A stretch of 64,000 bases of DNA, the filler included, from Jimgerdemannia flammicorona (taxonomy: Eukaryota): NCBI GenBank assembly GCA_003990765.1. It is 3 parts of 3 records of this genome, joined end to end, with 100 filler letters (N's around TTAATTAATTAA, not from the genome) between each part and the next. Parts side by side here need not be neighbours in the genome. Positions count along the whole stretch, not along the records: positions 21,511 to 42,918 come from RBNJ01001461.1; positions 43,019 to 64,000 come from RBNJ01001551.1; 1 more part is not named here. The stretch is one strand, 5' to 3'. Shown here piece after piece: positions 37,628 through 50,080 of this stretch (position 1 is its first letter; each line of letters starts with the position of its first letter). The notes beneath the pieces are model-generated. The model saw only the letters and a program-made list of their open reading frames with translations. It ran no database searches and was not told the DNA's origin. The position numbers and the translations under genes are program-made.

Positions 37628-40600
37628 GAGATAGTGGGAGCAGGCCCAGGAGTGTAAGAGGCAGAGGGAGCTTTTGGCAAGTATGACAGGAGGAGCAAAG
37701 AAGAAGTTGGATGGGGCTGCAGAGGCTGGAGGCATCGAAGCCAGTATCTGGACTAGTAAAGAAGGAGGGGAGGTAGAGGAGAATAAGGAAGGGGCTGGGA
37801 AGATGCTGGGTAAGGATCCCTATGCCAATGGTACATTTGAAGTCTGGGAGCAGGATTTGGATAGCACCCCCCCCCCACTTATCAGGAGGGGCCCAGTTGG
37901 GAAGAGAGGGGCAGTGGGGGATGTGCTGATACAGGGGGCCCAGCAAGTTTACTTTGGGGTCCCAGATGTAACAAAAGGGGGCCAGGTAGTGGTGGTTGGT
38001 GAGGACGAGCTGGTGGATATCCCAGAGGAGGAGTGGGATGAGGCTGCCAGTGTAGGAGCAGATACCATGATGCTGGATGCAGGGCAGCCAGAGACTCCTG
38101 GAGAGAAGGAGGTGGGGAACCTGCTGTGGATGAGCAAGGTGATAGATAACCTTGCAGCTGAGGAGTTGGGTGAAGTGGACCTGTGTGTGATGCCTGAGGA
38201 GCATTGGGTACAGATTCTGCATGGGGATGGGGTGGTGGAGGCACTGAAGGTGGAGATTCTTACAATTTTCATAAAGGAGAAGAGATACAAGATTGATAAG
38301 GTGAGAGAGACAGAGCTGGCAGTTGTTACTGGTGAGCAAGTTGCCTATTATTGGGCAGAGTATTATGGTTTGCAGCTCTGGCAGGAGGCCTGTCTGGAGT
38401 ATTGTGAGGACTTTGAGGAGAAAGAGGATGGGGTGATGGCTGAACTTCTGGGGGGGTTGAAGGTACAGGAAGCTGAAGAGAAGGGACTAGCTACAGAACA
38501 TGACTTAGACTTGGCATAGGAGGACTTGAATGCAGATTTGTAATAGATGAGATCAATATATAATAGTATTTCTTATGAATAGTATAACTAATATTTTCTC
38601 TCTAAATGTGAATGAGTTGCAGAGATCTGGGCAGTATAAGAACATTTTTACTTGGCTCAAGAGATTGGAGGCTGATCTCTTTTTCTATAGGATATACTAT
38701 GGTGTAAGGATGAGGATAAGTGGATAGAGTGGACTAGGGAATGGGGCAGGGCTACTGCTTGGTTTGGCAAAGTGGCAATTCTGGTGAAGAAGGGTAGAGG
38801 AGACTTGGGGGGAATCAGGAGCTGGGGTGATCACTTGGTCTGGGGAGAATAGCATTGGCCAGGGTGGGAATCAGTGATGGTTGGCTCCTGCTACTACTCT
38901 GCAGTTAGGGGTGAGAGGATTGTGTGGATTAAGGAGCTGCTGGAGGAGGGTATTCTCTTGGAGGAAGGAGACAATATTCTTGGTGGTGATTTTAATATGG
39001 TTTGAGATCTATGACTAGATAGAACTGATGGAGAGAGGAATGCAGGTGGGAGAAGTAGTGGTCTGGATGCATGGGAGGAGGTGGAGAATCTTAGCTCATT
39101 AGGGGATATGGGCAGAATACAGTGGGGCAACACCAGGGTCTACACATATTGGGTGAATGGCTTAGGCATGAGAATTGACTGAATTCTAATGGCCAAGTGC
39201 TGGGGTGCTGATGTCTGGAATACTTTGGAGATGGTGTGGTGCCCATGGTCTGATCACTGGGAACTATTAGGGCAGGAGCAGTTTGGGAGGAGTGGAGATG
39301 GACCCAGATATTGGTGCCTTAACTCCTTCCTGCTGGCTGAGAAGGGGTTGTGGGACTTATGGGTGGAGGACATCCAGGTGAAGGTTCCTATCTAGAGGCA
39401 TGAGAGTCTGTCTGTGGATATCTGTTGGATGAGGTTGAAAGAGGCTGTGAGGGCATATTGGGGAGGAGCTGGTAGAGAGGCTGGGAGACAAAGGAGGAAG
39501 TGTGTATAGTGTGCTTCAAATAGGCTGATGAGATTGCAGATAGAATGGGCAGATTTGCTTGTTTCTGATGAAGTGGTGGATTGGAGGTTAGAGTGGGCGA
39601 AATTGGAGATAGTGGAACTACAACAGGTGTTGAGAGAGGAGGAGGAGACTCATATATGAGGAATGGCTGCCAGGCTACAGTGGCAGGAGCTTGAGGAGGG
39701 AGAGCAGCCTACTAGGTACTTGTCTAGGCTCCTCAAAGCTAGGAGGGTGCAACATCAGTAGGATGGGGTCTTTGACAGCAAGGGGGATATGGTGCATGGC
39801 GTGCAACAGATCTTAGGGGTCTTGAAGGAGTGATGGCAGGGTCTGTAGAGTGAGAATGGAGGGGGTGCTGATGAAGAGGTGATTGGAGATATGCTGGAGG
39901 AGTGAGAGCCACTACAAGTAGAGGGACTGAGTGACTTGATCTTACCAGTCCAAGAGGAGGAGATCAAGAGTGTCCTTGCAGCAACCAAGCTAGAGACAGC
40001 ATCAGGAGAAGATGGGTTACCTTGGAACTTCTGGAAGAAGATGGCAAAGATCCCTGAAGTATTGGGTGAGATGGCTGCTCTCTGTGACCATGTTCTTCTG
40101 AATGGCAAGTGGGTTGGAGAGCAGGACTTGGGGCTGGTGGCCTTGTTGTATAAAGACAAGAGGAGAAGGGAGGACTGAAGGAACTGGAGACCAATCATGC
40201 TTCTAGATATGGACAGGAAGATGGTGACTAAGATGATTGTTGCAAGACTACAAAAAGTTGCCCAACAGATGCTGGGTGAGAGCAGTGGGGCTTTGTTAGT
40301 GGCAGGCTAATAAGAGATGGGACTGCATGGGTGTATGGTGTCATTGAAGGAGCCTGGGCTTGTGGACTGGATGGTAGATTGGTCTTTTTGGACCAGGAGA
40401 AGGCCTATGACCATGTATGGCAGGTTTGGCTGGGCAAGGTGCTGGATAGAATTGGTGTTCCTCCATGATTTCGGGCTTCTATGTTGAGTCTGTTGGAGGG
40501 CAGTTAGGTGGTGCTGATGTGTAATGGTCACTGAGGTCTGGCATTTTCATTGGGAAGAGAAGTTCCTCAGGGGGACCCTCTGTCCCCTATTCTTTATGCC

Positions 40601-40919
40601 CTTTCATTAGAACCCTTAATGGATAGAATTTGCCAGAAGGTGGTGAGGCTCTCTATATATGGTATAGTGTGAAAGGTGGGGGCCTTTGGTGATGACATGG
40701 TAGTTGGACTTAGTTCTGTGGCAGATGTTGAGGTGCTTAAGGAGACAGTGGAATGGTATGAGGCATACTCTGGGATGAAGCTCAACTGGCACAAGTGTGA
40801 GACAATGGTGCTAGGGAATGGGCTAGTAGGTGGAGACATCATTGGAACAATTGTCCCTACTAGTGAGATGGTGCAGTATCTGGGCATCTTCCTTTCTGTA
40901 TATGGATCTGTCTTGCCAC

Positions 40920-41522
40920 TAGTGCTCCTAATGAGTCAATTTAATCCGGATTGGATTTGGATTGATTCAGATTGAATCCCATCCAAATCAACTCGGATGG
41001 GATTCGAATCCCATCTGGATCAACTCGGATGGGATTCGGATCCCATCCGGATGGATTCGAATCAACCATTGTTTTGATTTCCAAATTAGATAATTAAATT
41101 TTTACATCAATAACTCAATGAATAATAATCCAAATTTGATGATCTTGGTGTCATTCGAAAGCCCTTAATAAGGCCTATCTAATGATACCAAGAACATTGA
41201 AATCCGATCATGCATTGCTGAGTTATGAAGGAAACCGTCTGAATTGCCGATTTTGGAAATTCTTCGATTTGCCGATTTTGGAAATTTCGTCAAATAGAAC
41301 GTTTTCCTTAATATCTTGGCAATGCATAATCCGGATTTAATGTTCTTGATATCATTAGAAAGGCCTTATTAAGGGCTTTCAAATGACACTAATATCTTCA
41401 AATTTGGATGATTATTCATCGAGTTATTGATGTAAACATTTAATTGTCCAATTTGGAAATCAAAACAATGGTTGATTCGAATCCATCCAAATCCCATCCG
41501 GATTGACTCGTTCGGAGCACTA
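40920..41522. mobile_element. hAT-type MITE, 603 bp
   Basis: TIRs TAGTGCTCCTAATGAGTCAAT and ATTGACTCGTTCGGAGCACTA; exact 8-bp TSD CTTGCCAC (40912-40919, 41523-41530); long internal inverted repeat. Confidence 0.95.
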
Positions 41523-42918
41523 CTTGCCACGGGTATGGTGGAAGAGTAGAGTGACTATCTGGGGAGAAGCCCTTCAAGGGTGGGGGGGCCACCATATCTC
41601 TCTGGTAGGGCAGGTGTCAATTCTGAATGTCTACTGGTTCCTGAAGCTATGGTATGTGGCATATTACTTAGACTTCCCAGCTTGGGTAGTGAAGAGGCTG
41701 ACAAAGATGGCTAGAGATTGGATTTGGACAGGGAGGAGGTCCTAGATCTGTTGGGATACTCTTGTGACACCAGTGGTTAGGGGAGGTCTGGGTCTTGTGG
41801 ATTTCCCTAAGAGATTACACTGCCTGCAAGCTTGGTGGTTGAAGAGAGCTGTTGAACTGCAGGGGAGGAGTTGGGTGCTACTGTTGCAGAAGGTGTGGGA
41901 GATGAGATCCTCCCCTTGAGGGTCCTCAGGAGATTTGCTCTCTTTGGTAGGGCTGAATGGAAGTCAACAGAGTGGTTTAAGGGCTTTTGGTAGGGGGTAG
42001 TGGATGGAGCACACAGAATTGGCCTACACTGGCAAGATAATAAGAGAGAGATGATATGGGGTCCTGATATGTAGCATTGGGATAGACTTCTTCTGGGGGG
42101 TGCTCTGCTGGCTGAGTTTGATATTGGGGATAGAGTAGAGTGTTAGCAGAGTCTTGGCCAGGATCTTTGGCTGAGTGGCTGGCAGATGGCAAGGATCAGC
42201 GAGGAGTGGGACTGGGCAGGAGTCTGGTCATAGAGTGCTGAGATGTGGAGGTGGCTCCCCCCCAAGTTCTGGATGGTATGGTGGAGAATGCTGCAGAGGA
42301 ATGTTATGCTGAATTTCCATACAGAGCATTTGGTAGAAGGCAGACAATTTGATTGTGAGGAGTATTATAATGTAGGGCAAGTTGGGGGATTTATACAGAC
42401 AACAGAACATTGGCTGGGAGAGTGTGAGGTTTTGGGGGACTTTTGGATAGAAGTAGGGAACAGACTGGGGGTAGAGAGGAGGCTGGATGGTGTGAGAGAC
42501 TGCTGGGAGGATTTGAAATCTTGGCTAGTAGGTGGTGTGGATAATAGTTGGCTCACTGTGGGGTGGGTGTTAGCAGTGTGGGTAGGACTAGCTGGCCATT
42601 GGCTCTTTGTTTTTGAGGAGGAGTGACAGATGGGTTTACAGAAGAAGTTATTATGATGGGAGGGGTTGATGGCGGATCTGCTGACTGGGTGGTGGGTGGG
42701 TTGGGGCCCCCAGGGTGGGCAATGCCATGGTCTGGTGGAAAAGATCTGTGAACAGAGTAGTGGGTGGGTGGTGATGGTGTTAGACAAAGTGGCCTTTCAT
42801 TGAGTGGGAGTAGGGGGGAGGAGGAGTCCTCCTAGGGGGATTGAATGAGGGGTGGGCTTAATGTATTTATATAGGATAGATGGGTATTAATAAAGGACAG
42901 AGTCCAAGTGACTATAAA

Positions 42919-43018
42919 NNNNNNNNNNNNNNNNNNNNNNNNNNNNNNNNNNNNNNNNNNNNTTAATTAATTAANNNNNNNNNNNNNNNNNNNNNNNNNN
43001 NNNNNNNNNNNNNNNNNN
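42919..43018. other. Assembly gap with artificial TTAATTAATTAA linker
   Basis: Same 100-bp construct as 21411-21510. Confidence 0.97.
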
Positions 43019-43210
43019 GGGGGGGGGAGGCTTGGCGTGATGCGCGTGCGCGCGCGCGCGCGATTTCCAAGGGCCCACAACAGACAGATCTAGTCTAGTA
43101 CCACCCTCTGCTCCGACCCCTTCACTCCGACCCCAGCCTCCACTCCATCACCCGCATTTGTATCAACGAGAAATCAACTCCTGCCTCCATGTCTCTCTCC
43201 AGAAACTTAC

Positions 43211-43467
43211 CCCTTACTCGTCTTCTTCCCGCTGTTCTCCGTAGGCATCCAAATTCCCCCCTCCTTGATCTCACCGACGGATCTAAAGATCTTCCTGACG
43301 ACGGTAAGCAGCTTCTCCTCCTTGGTCTCGTCGACGATGGGCAGGTTATCGACGACGACAAGGGTGTCGAAGCCATCGTCGTAGGGGACCTGGTGGCGGG
43401 CCTCGATATCGCTGTAATCGATGTCCTCCTCGTCGTCGGGCAGATTGTTGGGATCGAAGGTGGCCAT
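43211..43467 (-). CDS. PRT1: Translation initiation factor eIF3 subunit b, first exon (the rest is lost at the gap)
   Basis: DIDYSDIEARHQV...GFDTLVVVDNLPIVDETKEEKLLTVVRKIF...MP...SKG is the eIF3b RRM start. GTAAGT donor follows. Confidence 0.92.
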
Positions 43468-43758
43468 GACTATGTGTTGGGGTGGGATGGATGGGGGGGT
43501 GGTGTGGGGTGGGGTGGTGTGGTGGTGTGGGGTGGAGCGGTGTGGTGGTGGGGGAGGGGGCGCGACGGATGGTGGATGGCGCAGGTAGGCGATACTATAC
43601 GCGTTACGATGGATGGATGGATGGATGGATGGATGGATGGATGTGTCTGAGAGACCGAACCGAGAAGACTGGAAATTTTCAAGGATGACGTCATATCTTT
43701 CGCAAATTTATACATAATTACATAATTACTTTATTACATTCTAAAAATTACAACATTC

Positions 43759-45262
43759 TCACCTCCCTCCAAACACCTTTCCCAGTACGCTCTTAACCTT
43801 GGGCTCGACATTATCTAATATCTCGCTTACATCCACCCTCCCCCTTCCTACACCCTTTGCGACCTCCTCGTTGACCTCCCTATTGACCAACTTGCGCTGC
43901 TTGAATGTCCGTCTGACTTGGTCGGTCCTCTCTCTTGCCTCCTCCAGTCCCTCGCTCCGGCCCCGGCCCCGTTTCTTCTCCTCCATCTTGGCCACCATCT
44001 TGCTTCTCTCTACGTTGGCGACATACGCCTTGTTCTCGCGCTGCGCCTGCGCGATCTCGGTGCGGAGGCGCTGCTGGCGGGAGGCGTTCTCGAAAGCTAA
44101 GGATAGAGAGGCGGATTTCGTGTCGAGGTATAAGTTTACCACGGTAGTAATGAAGGAAGGAATGGTTAGGGTGTGAAATGTTCCTCACCGATCCTCTCCG
44201 TCAGATGATGCCACTTAAACTTGGGTAGGTATTTTATGTTCCACAGGTCGTCGTGGTAGAAATTACGCTTGTTGCCGCCTGAGAGCGCACCCAATAATAA
44301 AGTAGGAAAACCGCGATTGTGAGCAAAACCGCATGATGTGCCTCACAACAAACCTTCCCAACCGAAATGACAACGTCCTCCATAAAAGAAATATCAACCA
44401 AGAATCGCCTATATTCTCACCCATTGGCTTTGTGTTCAGCGTCAGCGCGACCTTCTTGGCAATCTTCTTGTCCTTGAACTCGACCCAGCCCTCGGTGAAG
44501 TTTTTCTTCTTGTTGCCGCCGTACTTTTTCCGACGTGCGGCGACCTTGGCGTCTGCATTCGAGTCGATTAAATTAATATACCGTGAGCATGGACATATCA
44601 ACTCCAAGTGATTCCAATTCAGACAAGCAAGAAGCGACCGCAACCAATGTATCACCAAACTCCTCCTCACACAATGTAATCCACGACTCACCTTCTGGCG
44701 CCAGATACACCCTCCCGACCTCGCCAAACTTCTCGAGCATGTTCCTCATCTTCTGCGGCTTCATGTAAGGCGGCACACGCGAGATGTAGACGATGCCTGT
44801 ACGATTGAGCGCCTTCTGAAACTCGGCCAAGGCCGCCGGGGTGAGGGGCTTTACGGGCTTCTTGCTCTTTTTTACGGCATCATGACGAGATCCTTCTCTG
44901 CCGTCGTCGTGGCGGTCATTGTCGCCGTCGTCTTCGTCGGCGGGGAGTTGGAACCGAGAATCGGTGTTGGTGGGTGTGGACTTCGGCTTGGGTGCTTTTC
45001 CTTTTTCCTCATCCCCCTCCTCCTCCTCGCTTTCGTTCTCCCATCCTTCCTCCGAGTCATGACCCTCTCCGTCTTCTCCCGATTCCTCCTCGCCATCGTC
45101 ACTCCCACTATCGTCATCGTCATCTAGCGTAAACCGCCTCGTTGCACGCCTGTGTTTCGCAGTGAGCTTCGTTTCTGTGACGCGGTCGTTCTCGTCATCG
45201 CTGACCATGTCCTCGTCCTCGTCCTCGGAGAAGTCGAGGTTTGTGTTTTTCGTGGCGGCCAT
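43759..45262 (-). CDS. ESF2: Pre-rRNA-processing protein ESF2/ABT1; exons 45262-44692, 44552-44421, 44278-44189, 44096-43759
   Basis: GIVYISRVPPYMKPQKMR...FGEVGRVYL; FTEGWVEFKDKKIAK; FYHDDLWNIKYLPKFKWHHLTE; RLRTEIAQAQRE. In-frame GT-AG introns. Confidence 0.95.
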
Positions 45263-45415
45263 TAGCACTGTTCTCTGCGGGGTAAGACGAGGGTATAGAA
45301 AAAAAAAAAAAAGCAAATCGTCACGACCAGTCACGTTTTTGGCGCGGATTTGTGAGTCACGTTTTGGCGCGGATTTGTGTCCGTGTCTTCTTCAGACTGC
45401 ACATAATTAATTACC
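45263..45415. promoter_or_regulatory. Compact bidirectional promoter with tandem 25-26-bp repeat containing TTTGGCGCG
   Basis: 153 bp between divergent ATGs. AGTCACGTTTT(T)GGCGCGGATTTGTG occurs at 45329-45354 and 45355-45379. Confidence 0.75.
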
Positions 45416-46871
45416 ATGGTCTCCACCCCAAAACGCCAGCAGCCAGTACACGTTCACCAGGGCTCCAACCTGCGCAAGGAGGAACAGAAGCGCAAGACCG
45501 TCTTCAAGCACGTCCTCGACTCGCCCTACTCTGTCAAATGGTACTCTAATTATTGTCCTATCTGACCCCCTGTCCCTTATTCCTTGCTAATTCCCGTAAT
45601 TAATCTAGGCCTTCCCTTGATGTGAAGGAACAAGACAACATTCTCGACGTCTTGTGCAAGTTTGTAGCTCTATTTGCCTACTTCCTGACCACACCAACGT
45701 CGATCGTGTGCAACCCTTCTATCATAAATTCGTTTTTTAAAAAAAATCCTGATTTTTATTTCCAGATTCCTAGAACCCATCGGCAACTACCATCGTCAAC
45801 GCAAGGCTGCCAACCCCAAAAAACCCTCCCAGCGCAATAAGCGCAAGCGAGACTCTACCATCACCACAGACAACATCACCATGACCACTGACTTTATCCA
45901 AGATGCGCTCCCACAACCTCCTCCAACACCCCCCGAGCTCCTTGCTAGCACGACCATCGGCATCAATGCTGTTACAAAACAACTGGAGCAATGCATCACC
46001 ACCATCCGCTCGCGCGAGCAACCACCCGAAAACAGCCTCGCCATGGTATTCGTGTGCAAGGGGGACATTGCGCCGCCGCATCTGGTCGGACATTTGCCAA
46101 TGATGACATGCATGGCGGGCGGGCAGGATAAGGAAGGAGAGGGGGCAAGAACGGTGCTGCTGTGTCCGTTGGCGAGGGGGGCCGAGAAAAAGATTGGAGA
46201 TGCGATTGGGATAAAGACGTGTTCCGTGATCGGGATAAAAGTGAGGTTCAGCGTCTTCCTGGTCGGATCTTTGTTTTTATTGTTCTCCTTTTTACACGTC
46301 CACTCATTCACCCATTCTCTTCTCTTTCCGGCACCAGCCTTCCGCCACCTCGGAAACCTACGCCGCCCTCTCCGTCCTCGTCCGCTCGAAAGTCGAGCCG
46401 GTACACGCGCCCTGGCTCCTCCCCACGTTTTCGACACGCTCCAACCCGTCTCCCCGCCCGGCCTATCTCGCCACCAACATCAAGACACTGCGGACGAGCG
46501 CCCCATTAGCCAACAAGAAACCGAAGCGCATCATACCGCAGAAGACCTCGGGCGTCGTCGCCGCCGCCACCGTCTCCACCCCCACTACTCCCGTCACCAC
46601 TTCCGTCGCAGCATCTCCAGCGCGAAGCCCGCAACAGCCGCGATCCCAACCTCAACCTCAACAGGAACAGCCCGCACCACAACCACCCTCATCCGCCCCG
46701 TCCCTTGAACATTTCGGCTCGGCGCCGCCGGGTACCTCGTCTGCACCGTTCAGTCATCAGCTACATCAGGGAAAGCGGCCACCAGAGACGGAGCCGCGGG
46801 AGCAGCCTAGGGCTGGACCGGGTGAGGATGGTGAGGCTTCTGATCAAACTAAGAGGCGAAAATATTCGTAA
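45416..46871 (+). CDS. POP3: RNase P/MRP subunit POP3/RPP38-like (L7Ae fold); exons 45416-45540, 45609-45659, 45766-46240, 46338-46871
   Basis: VFKHVLDSPYSVKWP, IGINAVTKQLE, VFVCKGDIAPPHLVGHLP, LARGAEKKIGDAIGIK and YLATNIKTLRT. In-frame GT-AG introns. Confidence 0.85.
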
Positions 46872-47049
46872 TGTAATGGATGGTTTATGTGTATGGTGCG
46901 TGTGGAGACATGGAAGTGGAGGCGAGTGTGACGCACGGATGGTAGTGTGGGATAGATAGGACGAGATTGAGAATAGATGGAGCCGGGACGCATTGAAGCC
47001 CAATCATAGAGCACCCAAATTGCATGCATAAATAAATTCTTTCGTTGTG

Positions 47050-47300
47050 TTCATCGTTTCTACATGCGAACCCTCCTCCATCCGTCGTTTTGCAGTCCTT
47101 CGTCGGTTTTGCAGTCCTTCGTCGTCGTTTTACAATTCGGCATTATTTTCGCCATCTGTTCCGCAGTCCATTGTTGTTTTTTTTTGTAGTCCGTCGTCGT
47201 TGTTTCGCAGTCCGTCGTCGTCGTTTGGCAATCCGTCATCACCTTTTTCAGGCGTCGGTGTGTCACCATCGACAGATTCCTTGGCAAAGTCCGTCGTTTA
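47050..47300 (+). repeat. Degenerate array of CCGTCGTCGTTTTGCAGT-like units
   Basis: Direct reading; same motif as 49360-49730 (opposite strand) and 54430-54725. Confidence 0.8.
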
Positions 47301-47910
47301 CATACACCACGTGCCATCTGCTTCCTCCTTTGGCAATTATTCCCGCGTGCTGCAGAGTATAGAAATGCCTGCGGAGTTGCATGTCGACATTGCTATTTCT
47401 ATTTAGGACTGAATCATCCAGTAGGGGACGTAAACAATAGAAAAAGATAAATATGTAGTATGTGGTGTTTACTTTAGTTCTTGTCGCGATTTCATCATTT
47501 ATGGCTCTCCACGAAATGCCAACATGGCATGTCACGTAGCGTATGAATGTGCACCGTGCTTTCATCCCATGGTCCTTGGGTCCGTGCCGATGCATTCCCG
47601 AACAAACAAAGAAAGGTTGTTGGGGGGAAATATATTGGAAGGCAGCGTTTGAAATACAAGACAACGGTGGTCAGACGGTAAAGCGCCACCGTTCGCGCTA
47701 CCTCTGAAGAAATCCCGAGTATTTATTTACAGCGTTGGTTGCATATAATGACTTAATGGAAGATATTAGCGTGGGAAGTTCGAACGATATGGACATAAGC
47801 ATAGGCAAGAAATGAATAGAAGTATTGTTCATAGCGCTCTTCTACTTTTAAAACGAATTAGGCCATTCTAATTAACCTGCTATAATGCATGTGTTTTATA
47901 AATAGAATGT

Positions 47911-48411
47911 CTATTCGAAGTCGTGGAATCGGAGCTGAAAGCGAATCAAGCGCATGTTGGGATCCTCCACCGTGCAGATATCGTCCACGCTAAGCCGGCC
48001 CCTATCCACCATTGTCGCGAGCTCCAGTTTGAAATTTTCCGAGTTTTCGATCCCGTCGAAGCGCTCACCGACGAAATCAAAGAAAATTTCCCAGGACGGG
48101 AGGCCGCAGGCGTGACGTTCGACGAAGGTGAGTTTCTTCAACAACTCCTTTCGGTTGTTGTTGTCCGTGAGGTCTTTTGCCGTGGCCGCCACCAGCCGCT
48201 CCGGCTTCGAGTTCGGGAACCGCAAGTCAAGCACCACGAGGCTGCCCCAGTGTTTTCGGTTCTTTACTAGGACGCGGTCGTGGATCACCTGGATGAAGCG
48301 CACTATGTGCACACCGTACGTCTCCATCATAGGGTTGAGGCGGGATACCTCATTTTTAGATGTGCGGACCCGATGTTTGGCGGCACCACGGCAGGAAAAT
48401 GTGTTGCCCAT
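47911..48411 (-). CDS. Orphan family copy A, 166 aa, N-terminus MGNTFSC
   Basis: Intact intronless ORF homologous over its full length to 52388-52912 and 55273-55803 (HDRVLVKNRKxWGSxVVLDLRF...LIRFQLxFHDFE). Confidence 0.75.
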   Translation of the reverse strand: MGNTFSCRGAAKHRVRTSKNEVSRLNPMMETYGVHIVRFIQVIHDRVLVKNRKHWGSLVVLDLRFPNSKPERLVAATAKDLTDNNNRKELLKKLTFVERHACGLPSWEIFFDFVGERFDGIENSENFKLELATMVDRGRLSVDDICTVEDPNMRLIRFQLRFHDFE

Positions 48412-49002
48412 ATTGGATTCAGCGGAAAGAATCACATTACAGAGCAGTGGGGAGGGAGGGCTTGTATAGTAATTGGATCGGGGCTGTCAAACTACTAAAT
48501 TTTAGATCGTTGACGCCTCAGCCAAAATAAATGATAATTCAAAATTCCGTGTTCATGCACGGTGTTCTATAATGCAGCTTCCCCCAATGGCAACCCTTTG
48601 AAAAGTAGGAGCCAAAAAGGAAAAAAGGAAATATAACGCCAAGGAAGATCGTCCGCTTAGTCAGGACCGTGTTCCGATCTGCCATATGAGTGAATTTCTC
48701 GACTTTTTAAAGGGGAAATGTGCGGAACTATATCAGATCAAATCTCTCCGGTCTGGCCCGATTTGTTGACGATTTGACAGCAATCGGCGCGTCAACCCCG
48801 AATTTTACCAGAGGTTGAGCCATTTGTGCCAGAATATTCATAAAAGAGCTCCTGCAACAGAGAATTTCTATAAGATCTTGTAATTGCAACACTGCAATTT
48901 CAGTTGGAGATGCAGTTGAAATAACAGGTGCAAAGAAACATGGAGCAAGACACAAACAGTTGTTGTCATTTTTGTCATTTTTGTCATTTCAAATCATCAT
49001 TA

Positions 49003-49730
49003 CCGTCTTATCTTCTGTCATCGTCCCGCATTGTTTTGCTGTCCATCTTCGTCGGGTTTCATCCCATCGTCGTCGGTTTGTAGTTCCGCATTGTTTTTGC
49101 AGTCCACAGCCATGAAAATTATAGGAAATGAAGCCAGCACCATATAATTACTATACATGTATTACTTTTCCTATCGTTCACGTCCCTAGCGGATGTTCAT
49201 TCCTGTTGTAGATCCTATACATATTTTCACATGCAACCCCACAGATATTTCCATACTCCGAAGTGTGGGGAAAGAATTTCAAAGGCGTCGAAGGGCGTGA
49301 AGGGAAAAGCCATGTGACGACGGACATTGTCAAAGGAACGTGATGATGTTGAAACGCCGACGCCCGCAAAACGATGATGACGGACTGCAAAACGACGATG
49401 ACGGACTGCAAAACGACGATGAAGGACTGCAAAACGACGATGACGGACTGCAAAGCAATGACAAAAGACTGCAAAGTAACGGCAACCATGGATTCCAAAC
49501 TGATGACGGCTTGCAAAATGACGAACGACGAACTGCAAAAATGGCGGATTGCAAAACAACGACGAACTGTCAAATGATGGATTGCAAAACAACGAAGAAC
49601 TGCTAAACGATGACGATGAAACTGCAAAACGATGAGGACAGACCGCAAAACAACGGGGACAGACTGCAAACCAACGGGGACAGACTGCAAACGATGATGA
49701 CGGATTGCAAAACAACGACGACGGCCAATT
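49003..49730. repeat. Foldback-like block: TTTTGCAGT units on the left, inverted 21-bp GATGACGGACTGCAAAACGAC tandem units on the right
   Basis: Near-perfect 21-bp units at 49375-49455 with degenerate units to 49730. Block duplicated at 57262-57950. Confidence 0.8.
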
Positions 49731-50080
49731 GTTCCGCGCTCCCGCGAAAAAATGCCGAGAATTGATTTACATCGAGTGCATAGTTTAGTATCTGTCATAG
49801 ACATATTGGAATGACATAAATTATTGTATTTACATATTCTTGACATATGATGCTTGTAGTATATACGAGCCTCATAGGAACATGGAGATTTTGACATAAT
49901 ACTCTGATTCGATCTTATATTGTGCATCTTCCAGCTTATGGTAAACGATAACCGCTCAATGTATTGCATTCGGAAGCACCTGAAGACCTAAGTGATTTAT
50001 ACGGGAAGGTCATATTGTTCGTAATGATCTTTCTACTTTAAACGAATCATGCCACTGGCTAATTGACTTGTTAGAATACA

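Larger units (their letters stand above)
30587..42918 (+). mobile_element. Full-length degenerate L1/Tx1-type LINE (outer copy), split by a nested LINE (31785-37627) and a MITE (40920-41522)
   Basis: ORF1 pieces 30676-31776 and 37642-38540. ORF2 from ~38575 with SLNVN, GGDFN, SDH, NWRPI, DQEKAYD, PQGDPLSP, FGDD and YLG. Ends with AATAAA and the start of an A-tail at the gap. Confidence 0.9.

Noticed and set aside
49178..49969. Long ORFs (e.g. 263 aa; QNDDDGL repeats) here and at 47045-47406, 54394-54798 and 57476-58009
   Set aside because: By-products of 21-bp repeats, open on both strands, with frames not conserved between duplicated blocks.
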